A stretch of DNA of 60,000 nt from Botryllus schlosseri (taxonomy: Eukaryota): positions 25,112,001 to 25,172,000 of the forward strand of contig CM119376.1 in the NCBI GenBank assembly GCA_051294905.1. The letters are read 5' to 3'. Shown piece after piece: positions 51,289 through 60,000 of the stretch (positions are counted from its first letter, which is position 1; each line of letters opens with the position of its first letter). The notes below the pieces were generated by a model that did not search any database, had not been told where the DNA came from, and saw nothing but the letters and a program-made list of their open reading frames with translations. The position numbers and the translations under genes were made by a program.

Positions 51289-51346
51289 AGCATCGTTTCC
51301 TTCTGTACATGCAATGTTGACGTTTTATGGGGCAGGTTTCATCACG
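51289..51346 (+). CDS. PLPPR-like pseudo-phosphatase B, exon (C2, TM4)
   Basis: TTGCAG|A...ACG|GTAAGA; (L)ASFPSVHAMLTFYGAGFIT; phase 2 to 0. Confidence 0.85.
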
Positions 51347-51710
51347 GTAAGACACCTTGGTCATTTGTTGTTTATTGAGACATAACATCGGATGCATGAA
51401 CTGCGACCCTACTAAAATGCAGAATCGGTTGACCCAGGTTGACCCAAGTTGACCTAGCTGGCTGATTGGGCTTATCTGGGACAATCGGCGTTCCCAATGG
51501 CAAATGCATAATTTAACAAAGGCTGAGTCAGTGAACTATAAATTGACTATACGTGCTTGTATGCGACCGGGCGTCGTCGAAATGAAAGAGAATTGATAAC
51601 CACGCCCAAGTGCACCAGAGGAATAGATCTTTACCTCGTGTCTGCTTATGATAAATATATTCTTAAATTTTCTCATTCCCAATTATGCCTAATTATGCCT
51701 TTGCTTTTAG

Positions 51711-51887
51711 TTGAGCCATTTTCACAAGAAATCAAAATCTCAAACACGACTTCTCCAACCAGCGATAGTTGTTCTCGCAAGCGCCATGGCTATAGTGACA
51801 TCATTATCACGCATCAGCGAATACTCCAACCACGTGGTAGATGTAGTTGCCGGAGCGGGAATAGGAGTCACGGTGGCGATTATCCAG
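51711..51887 (+). CDS. PLPPR-like pseudo-phosphatase B, exon (TM5, C3, TM6)
   Basis: CTTTTAG|TTG; ...TRLLQPAIVVLASAMAIVTSLSRISEYSNHVVDVVAGAGIGVTVAIIQ. Either splices at CAG|GTCTGG or reads on to the stop at 51899. Confidence 0.85.
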
Positions 51888-51944
51888 GTCTGGCGGTAAC
51901 ACGATTTCAAGTTTTGCTCTTATCAGCAGATTCCTCTTCTGCAG

Positions 51945-52037
51945 GTTCTGATTTCCGGAAAGAAAGTGAAAATGGAGAGTGTGCTACCGTTATCTCATAT
52001 TAGACAACAGCTGATGTCTCAGTCGCAGGCAGTGTAG
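51945..52037 (+). CDS. PLPPR-like pseudo-phosphatase B, possible terminal exon
   Basis: TCTTCTGCAG|GTT after a 57-bp intron; VLISGKKVKMESVLPLSHIRQQLMSQSQAV then TAG. Confidence 0.45.
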   Translation, partial: VLISGKKVKMESVLPLSHIRQQLMSQSQAV

Positions 52038-52779
52038 TTGGTTGTCTTTTTCACTGCGGATTTGATTGATGACCGGACGCGGTCCATGTACTGAGTCTGA
52101 TATTAACGTCCTAAAATGACTATTAATCACGGGAAACATGTCGACTTAGCCACCATAGCCTAAGTACTACATATACGCAATGTTACTGTAGCTGCCTGCT
52201 AAGCGTATAAATGGTTACTGGGCTATTTACGTTTATAGCCGTTGCACTAATTCAATATTTGAGTGTTTTGGGGATGCGCTATTTCCAGATTATTACACTG
52301 GTCAATAAATATTTTAGGCAGACAAAGTGAAAGTGGAATGGCACTGATTCCGAATATGACCTTCGTTTTTTTTTTTCAAATTGGCTCTTGTTTTGGAGAT
52401 AGTCCATGGGGTTATTTTGACCAATATCTCCCATTTTCGCTGTAATGGCTAGATAGAAAATCGGCTCAGTCGTACTATATAAGTTTAAAAATTCAATCTA
52501 CTTATTACACACAGAAGACTCTTTTAAATCAAAATAGAGCAACAACACTATATTTAGGGGTATTCGTTTATCATAGTTATAGACTTTCACGGATAGCATG
52601 CACATAAATAAATTCCAGTCATGTATATAAGTATTTACCTAGATACTCAAATAACGTGGCATTAATTCAATCAGTTTTACGTCAACCTTAAATTTTAAAT
52701 AATCAGTTGGAATATAATGTTATTCATTTATTTTAAAACACAATTGTTTTTGTACAATTTTCGCCTGTAAGCAATTTAC

Positions 52780-53759
52780 TAGTGTTGGGAGCAAGTCACT
52801 ACCTTCGAGTCACGAGTCATCTCGAGTCATTGCACATTTTGACTCGAACCAAGTCAAGTCAACCCAACCTATTTTCGAAGGTGGCTCGAGTCAAGTCAAA
52901 TCACTTGTTTTTTTAGAGGTGACTCGAGTCAAGTCGAGTCAAGTCAAGTCAAGTCACGAGTCAAGTCACAATTCAAGTCAAATTGAATTTTCGAAGTATG
53001 AGTGATGATTCAAAGTCATTACATTTTGCTAGTTGTGTGAAAGCCAAATTAATTATTCATTTATCTTGAATGAAACAACGAATATTAAGTTAGATATACA
53101 TACACAAAGGCGTTGTATCGCTCACGCACATCTAGAACTGCTAATAAAACACCTAAGGTACTGTATAGCTACATGCTACAGTCTGGTATTATCAGTCAAA
53201 CTAGAGGATCAAATACCAAGCCTCGAGAAGTTGATACAAATTGATATGGTACAACACACGACCCATCTACACATCCATGATAATATAAACGCATACACTA
53301 TATTCGCTCGATTCAAACTATATAAGAGCGTGGCTAAAGGGAATCACTGCGCAATGCAAGCACCGAGCCATCCAAGAAACAGAGATATGTTGCTGTTAGA
53401 TTAATCTATTACTACTAATAAGACAACGTAAGCTGTGATCTATTTGCGGTCCATGTATTTGTGATGTAACAATAAAGGCCCGGTGATAAGTAGAATCAGG
53501 GAATGGCTGGTTGCTCTCATTAGTGACACCGGCCTAACGCGAACAATCATAACATAAAATTCGTTGATTTAATCGACACTGCGTACTTGATGACTTGAAA
53601 ATGACTCGTAATTTTTGCTTCGAGTCACGAGTCAATCCACGTTTTTGAAGAGCCGACTCAAGTCAAGTCAAGTCATTTTTGGAAAGTGACTCGAGTCAAG
53701 TCAAGTCATACGAAAAAGTTGACTCGAGTCAAGTCATGACTTGAGTCATCCCAACACCG
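52780..53759. mobile_element. hAT-type MITE, family B
   Basis: Termini TAGTGTTGGGA/TCCCAACACCG; TSD CAATTTAC/CAATTTAG; collinear with 26985-28465 minus its nested insert. Confidence 0.9.
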
Positions 53760-55296
53760 CAATTTAGTGCAGTTTCTCGAAAGGTTCCAGCAATGATCTG
53801 TCATAATATCTTTCTTTTGATGTTTTGATGTCTTGGTGGAACCCTTCCCCTTGCTAATCAACAAGATCATCAGAAAATATATTAAAATGACTGAACAGGA
53901 AGTAAAGTTTTATGCTAATGTTTGTTCCAAGTTTTCCATAATTATGCATATACGAATTTTCCGACCAAATGTTTGTAATTGGGTGTTTTGTTGATTTAGC
54001 GGTGCTTTGCTGATTTAGCGGAAAATTATCCATTTGCAAGTCAAAAGAAATGAGGCACATATGAGTATTGTAGTTAAGCTTTTCAAGGACAAATTTTATC
54101 GCTTTATGCTCCTCTTTATTCTTTGTAGAATGACCAATTGATACAGGAGAATATGTATTTGCGTCGTACAAAACTACAATTTTTCGGCTTGACAAACTGC
54201 TTTTTTGATAAATATATATTTCGCACCAGGTCATGTTAATATTGATAGAATGACTGAGAACGACATGAGGGTTCTTCATAGTCAATTATCTATTAATGCG
54301 CAGTATCAAATTTGAAAAAAACGACGATTTTCTTTTTATCAAGTGAAATATTCAATACAGTATATAGCCTACAGTAATTTTGGGCTTTTTAGGGGCATAA
54401 ATATCTTCTGAACAAGAGCCAACCTGGCAAATCTAATGTGATATTCGTAATCAGAAACCTCGAAAACTCCGAAACACGGCTCTCAGATGTTCTGCCATTT
54501 TTTTTTCTTTTTTTTTGTTGACCAGTGTTATTATCGTAGTTTTGTAGATGAGCGATATCAAGTAGCAAATATTTCAAGGAAAGCAAAATGTGTCTCTTGT
54601 TTGTATCTAATATTGTGCTGTTTTCGCAATTCCGCTGCGCACTGTTGCTTACTCTGGAGATTAAGAAATAAAGATATAGAAAAGGGTCCGAAAAGTCGCG
54701 TTGGCGACCCGCACATATAGTAGACAAAATGTTGTAGAACGAAAATGATCATTTATTACACGTTTATAGATGGCAGCCTACTTCCATAATAATTAGTGGA
54801 GATGTCATACTGTAGTTACCCATATAAAAGTTTTACGGTTCCCAGCATTAAATTCCGATCAAATATGTCTCTTTGGGGAAGCCTATACCATTCATCGTAT
54901 TCAAAAGAATGTGTAATGAATTGTAAGAATCACCGACTGTATAAAAGCCATGCTTAATTGATTACCCCCTGAGTCTGAACGGCTAAAACAAGAGATTTCA
55001 GTCCAAAAACTAGTGTTAGCAATCGCGTCATCCATCACACAAATACCTGGATGACTGGACTTGACGACTCCGTCCTATCGAGCCATTCGTTTATATACCT
55101 CACTTATGTGTATGTCACATTTATTCCAATTGCATTTTCGTTGTGTGCATGTTATTGATTTGCACGATTGACAAATAAAAATTCTTTTTCTCTCTCTCTC
55201 TCTCTCACACACACTGTTTTTCTGCTGCATTCTCTGGCCGTCACCCTACCAATCAACACTGATACCCGTCGAGAAAGGACTAGAATAGAAATACAA

Positions 55297-55302
55297 TTTA
55301 TT
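55297..55302 (-). terminator. Candidate polyadenylation signal for the WxxW-domain transcript
   Basis: AATAAA on the minus strand about 260 nt downstream of the TAA at 55559. Confidence 0.4.
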
Positions 55303-55558
55303 ACAAACGACCGCACACGCTAAATATACATTAGATTCATAAAATAGAAGGTATCACAATTTCCCGAGAAAAAATGACGCACTAATCTACAAAGCAGCAA
55401 TGTGTAACGATGGCAAGAAATAAAGGAACACCGTGAATGTCACTAAGGAAAGGTTTGAAACTCTTGCACTTCGTCTTCGAAAATGCATTGTAGATTAAGT
55501 CCTAGAAGAAGGTCATGGTACAAGGGTAAAACGCAGAGTAACTGAAGAAGGATCGTGT

Positions 55559-55697
55559 TTAGATCAACTCTTCAAGACACAGGAATCGAACTCGGAAATC
55601 GCTGCATAACCGCCCGTCTTTTTGGTCCGCGTGGAGGCACTGTAAGCCTTCGACGCTGTTCATCGTACGCAGAATCAAGCCGGTGCTGAATGCGTTT
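55559..55697 (-). CDS. Mucin2_WxxW (CysD-like) domain, second half, terminal exon
   Basis: TTTCCATAG|A; (R)NAFSTGLILRTMNSVEGLQCLHADQKDGRLCSDFRVRFLCLEELI then TAA. Confidence 0.85.
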
Positions 55698-56762
55698 CTA
55701 TGGAAAGATATCGAAATGTATCAAATCACTACGTTCGAGATCCAATTCATATCGAGTCATTGGACATTTCGACACGAGTCAAGTCAGGTCACTCGGTTTT
55801 AGGAGGTGACTCAAGTCGAGTCAAGTCACAAAGTCATGTCGTATTTTCGAAGTACGAGGCATGATTGAAGTACAGATTGAGCCTAAATCTAGTAACGAAT
55901 ATCGAGTTTATTATACATTGAACGGAGCGCTGTATCGCTTACACACATATAACTGCCAAACTACGTCGGTAACTGTCAGATAGATGATAGAATGTGAAAA
56001 CGTCATTCTATTTATGGTCCTCAGTTTCAGAAAACCAAGTAAGTGACCCACTCAACATAACAGTTATATTCTCATTATTTGCAACCAATATACTAAAGAC
56101 GAATGATGGTCAAAACAGTCAGTCACGCCGTAATTTTCTACTTAATTACCAGCAGAAGCAGCCATTTCAAAGACAGGTCAAAACTATGCTTCAAGTGAAA
56201 GAAGACAATGGAATGTTTGATCAGCACCCTACCCACCAAGCAGTCTCAAAATTAGATTCGGGTCGAGGAGTCGCGTAGTTTTTGCAGTTAACTGCAGTGC
56301 ACGTGGCTGCATTCGAAACTGAAAGAATCATCTACGGCTACGCCAAAAATGCAAAAGGACTAATGACAGTGACAATCGGGCCAATCGTCATATTAACATG
56401 CAGTTACCGTGATAAAGTGCTATTTCACACGGCTCTCACTAAATCTCACTGGTAAAAGCGATGCAAACTCATCCCAAGAGTGTTTTCACTTTGCGAAATT
56501 CAAAACCTTGAAAGAAAGTAATTTTCCTTGATATACTGTTGGGTAGAAGTGGAGGTAATTCGTGAACATATTCACTTGAGTAAGTATAGCGCAGGCAGGC
56601 GAAACCTTATTGAGTACTTCGTACTGACCACACATGGTCATGGGCATATCAGTAATGGAATATTAAATTCTAATCTACGCTGAAGTAGGTTGTTGTAAAT
56701 CAAACGAAAAAAAAGACAGCGTTGCATCCGGGCAGGCTGTGAGACAAAGAAAAGTCCAGTAC

Positions 56763-56910
56763 CTTCCGTCAAGTAGCTGCGCTTCGACGGACACCGGCGC
56801 TTGGCAAATTCCTTTCGGGTTTTCTTCTCTAATCTTCTCCAACGTTTCGACATCTCCGTCCCCGTCGGGATCAGAAACGTCGAACCACTGCGTCCACACG
56901 GTTTTGCAAA
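56763..56910 (-). CDS. Mucin2_WxxW (CysD-like) domain, first half
   Basis: TTTTTTCAG|TT...AG|GTACTG; CKTVWTQWFDVSDPDGDGDVETLEKIREENPKGICQAPVSVEAQLLDG. Confidence 0.88.
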
Positions 56911-56976
56911 CTGAAAAAACAGTCACCGATAGTCACGACGCCAGCTCGAAATACAGTGCGGTGTCTCTCTGCTTAC

Positions 56977-57203
56977 CGTGCGTCGGGGCGCCGGTTTCGG
57001 AGCCTTCCTTCAAAGCTTCCATAAACGCGTCCAATTTGCCGATCCAGTGCTGCATCGTGTTGCTCTTCCATTCCGTCATGTTCTCTTTCTGATCAGCGCA
57101 ATCGGACTTGACCACTGCGAACAAAGTTTCGGGCATTAGACGCGATATAAACGATGTCTCATCGACCAGCTTATTTTCAAATACGTTATATGTGAGAACT
57201 TTT
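56977..57203 (-). CDS. Putative exon upstream of the WxxW domain (no known domain)
   Basis: CTACAG acceptor, CAC G|GTAAGC donor, 66-bp intron, in frame with the WxxW exon; contains MPETLFAVVK...ETGAPTH. Confidence 0.5.
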
Positions 57204-58249
57204 CTGTAGATAACATGTATCTATCTACGAAGAATACCGTATTTATAAAGCTCGACTTTGTTATAATACAAAGGTAATGTGAGGTCATTAACGAAGTACT
57301 TCTACTTTTCCTGAGTACGCAAGTAGTTTCCGCCTACTTGTACCACAGAGTTCTTGTGTCTTTAGACTACACACCTCAAATTCAAGACGTGCAGATAGAC
57401 ACCACATTTCAACATATGTATGTGTGAGCCAACATTATGTGTTTCAATGCACAATGTGGTATCCACTCCAACATCTTAAATTCAAAGTCAGACACCACAT
57501 TATGGATTGTCACACACAATAGTAGGGAACACATAAAATATGAAGAAATGTGGTGTCTAACTGCACGCCTTGAATTTACAATGATACTTCCACTCGTATT
57601 TGAAGAGCATCTTGAGTGTACAGAAGCTCAATATACTATTCAGGCATAACTAATTACTTTCAACACTCTGGATTTTGTAGAAAGCGGAAATTAATTTGGG
57701 TATAAGCTTGCATCAATTTTACAAATGAGATCTCCGTTGACAACTGGACGGAATAGAACCTGCATCACCGTAACCGGGTACATTTTTGAGAATTGCACGC
57801 ACCTGTACGGTTATATTGCGTTAGTGCGAAGATGCGCCCTGCAAGACAGTGGCCAACTCCGATTAACTGCTAACAATATGCAAACACTCGACCAAATGTA
57901 ATGTTTGAAACTGCATACTGTGGACCTTGCAGACTATTCGATTTCAACATCCACTAGAAATCGCTACTTTTACTTATATTTAGTAGAAATTAACGGGATT
58001 ACTTCTACTTCTACTGGAGTAACAACGCCGACTACTTTTATCACTCCTATGCATCTACATATGACTTTTAGATTTTGTTCAAATGACAGTGTACTGACCC
58101 CATGCGTAACCAGGATGAAAGATTGTGGTAGAAAATTACGGCGAGGGCAAATTCATTGTGATGCAATCACAACGACCAAGTCCAAAACTAGGATGTCTCA
58201 AAGCAGCCTTCCGTCTACACTTGGCTTTATACGCAATAATGACACCGAC

Positions 58250-58366
58250 CTTGACAAGACTTCCCGTCGTCCATCAACTTGAATCCTTTACGGCACGAGC
58301 AAGTCACCGTGCTGTTAGCGTAACTGCAATCGTGGTCGCATCCTCCGTTAGAATTCTTGCATTCGT
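58250..58366 (-). CDS. EGF-like domain exon of VWD/TIL protein
   Basis: TTCAG|AC...CAA G|GTCGGT; DECKNSNGGCDHDCSYANSTVTCSCRKGFKLMDDGKSCQ; phase 1 to 1. Confidence 0.88.
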
Positions 58367-58426
58367 CTGAATACCGATAGCCGTTACAGTGGAAATTCAG
58401 CGACGAGATAGTACATCTCTACATAC

Positions 58427-58565
58427 CTTCCCAGTGGCATCCGTATACGCTGTCGCGATCGCCGCAATACTGTCCGGGCAGACAGCCGAAGTCTTGACAA
58501 GTCAAGACACCGTCGCCGCACTGACACTTTCGCTCGCATTCTTCGAGGTATGAATCAAACCCGTT
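58427..58565 (-). CDS. TILa/VWC-like exon of VWD/TIL protein
   Basis: CCTAG|AAC...GAA G|GTATGT; NGFDSYLEECERKCQCGDGVLTCQDFGCLPGQYCGDRDSVYGCHWE. Confidence 0.88.
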
Positions 58566-58848
58566 CTAGGTAAAGATATGATAGGGTTTAATTTCCAGCC
58601 GTACACTCTGACAAATGGATAATTCTAGTTGACTAATTTAATTAGACTAAGTAGAGTGAAATGCTGGTAATCTAATTCTAATATAATTTGCGAATTGTTT
58701 CAGTGCTCTAAATGAGAATGATCTTTGAATAGATATGAGGTGAACTTGATGTTTCTTGTATTAATTTTAATTTGAAATTTAATTCAATTTCCAAGATTTT
58801 GAGATTTCAGTAATTCAAAATAAATAAGTAAAATTTCGGAGTACTCAC

Positions 58849-58943
58849 AGGATAATATTCTCCTTGTGACCCGACGCAGCCGCATTCTTCTTTCTTAACG
58901 CAAGTCTCTCCGTCGAGAACGTGGCCCTCTTCACACTGGCATC
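58849..58943 (-). CDS. TIL C-terminal exon of VWD/TIL protein
   Basis: GTTCAG|GA...CCT|GTGAGT; GCQCEEGHVLDGETCVKKEECGCVGSQGEYYP. Confidence 0.88.
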
Positions 58944-59170
58944 CTGAACAGATGGTATTGTTAGTTACGTAAACATAACGATTTGATAATACCTAGTTCC
59001 AGAAATTTAATTCCCCATGACGCTAATAAAGCAGGATGGAGACTTAGGCAGAGGATGATTTGGTTAATAATTCGTGGTGACGTTAGTAAAGCAGATCACT
59101 TCACAATGACCAAGACGAAATTGGCGACCTGGGTACAGCCCAGGTCAAATATCTACGGACGACGCCTTAC

Positions 59171-59293
59171 CGGGGACGCATTCTTGATCCAGACCGCCGT
59201 CCGAAAGGCAGTAGCCCGCGCTTTGGTCCGAGCAAGTGGGCTGACACTGGCTCATGCAGCTGTTGTAGAAACTTATCCCCGTGCAATTCAATT
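59171..59293 (-). CDS. TIL N-terminal exon of VWD/TIL protein
   Basis: CAACAG|AA...CCC G|GTAAGG; LNCTGISFYNSCMSQCQPTCSDQSAGYCLSDGGLDQECVP. Confidence 0.88.
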
Positions 59294-59480
59294 CTGTTGA
59301 GACGAAGTTATGATTTAATGACTCTCAAGTAGAAGTAGAAGTAGTAGTAGCGATTTGCAAGCTAAACTTTTCTGAAAATTGGAAATTGTTATCAAATACA
59401 GCGGGCGTCTTTTACACAATTAATTTCGGTAATTTAATAAAATAAAAATTCAATACGAAGAATACATCAAAATAACTCAC

Positions 59481-59740
59481 TGGGAGCTTCCAAAGTGGCT
59501 TCCTCCGTCGTATTCCCCGCATATTCCTGATTGCAAGTCTCGTAGAAAGTATAAATGGTGGACGCTATGTATTCCATATCGCCTCCGGTGGCGCACATCT
59601 CAAACAGGCAGTACTCGAACAAGTTACATCTCGCGAACGAAACCACGTCGGTGCTGTAGGATAGTTCACATCTCGCCTTGTACTCGGCCAAACCCTCGAG
59701 ACTGTCGCACGGCTCTTTCGGCGTGGATTGTAAACGGCAC
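59481..59740 (-). CDS. C8-like domain exon of VWD/TIL protein
   Basis: ATTAAG|G...CCC A|GTGAGT; CRLQSTPKEPCD...FARCNLFEYCLFEMCATGG...FYETC. Confidence 0.82.
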
Positions 59741-59800
59741 CTTAATATATACAACGCACGTTAAGTGCTTGTTTCACATTAAATTTTAAAGGCGACCTAC

Positions 59801-59962
59801 CCGGCACCGGACTTGTCGTCTCTCCAACTGTTTATGAATACCGATACATCGCTTTCAACGACGTCTAACGGCGTTTTGAAATCGTTGGTCTCATCTTCAT
59901 CAAAATCTCCGCACAGTCCTTCGAGTTGTTTAGCAAGCGGTCGCCTGGCTAGGATACGCAAG
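59801..59962 (-). CDS. VWD domain C-terminal exon of FCGBP/zonadhesin/mucin-like protein (gene continues beyond window)
   Basis: TTCTGTAG|C...GG|GTAGGT; LEGLCGDFDEDETNDF...FINSW is the GLCGxFxxxxxNDF...FxNSW VWD signature. Confidence 0.9.
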
Positions 59963-60000
59963 CTACAGAAAAAAATGCGATATTGAACACATGGATAAAT

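Overview
Eukaryotic genomic DNA from an animal: about 40% GC, GT-AG introns (many only 53-66 bp) and dense DNA-transposon and SINE content. A marine invertebrate such as an ascidian is plausible, but that is inference only. Genes reconstructed by hand from splice sites and reading-frame phases: (1) a complete 4-exon hedgehog gene on the minus strand (16106-6533, 423 aa) whose Hint domain has His at the catalytic Asp46 position and Ser at the conserved second-Cys position; (2) a phase-consistent chain of four minus-strand exons (26912-24597) encoding an unassigned Ser/Pro-rich polypeptide; (3) two head-to-head PLPPR/PRG-type lipid-phosphate pseudo-phosphatase genes (minus 43732-37364; plus 46938-52037); (4) the 3' part of a minus-strand VWD-C8-TIL-TILa-EGF(-WxxW) mucin/FCGBP-like gene running off the window end. 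Mobile DNA includes at least 16 non-autonomous hAT-type elements with 8-bp target-site duplications (TSDs), several nested; two tRNA-derived SINE families; LINE fragments; and a Penelope-like GIY-YIG retroelement with inverted pseudo-LTRs carrying a variant minimal hammerhead-ribozyme motif. There is no CRISPR array or prokaryotic system. All family assignments come from motif recognition, not from database searches.
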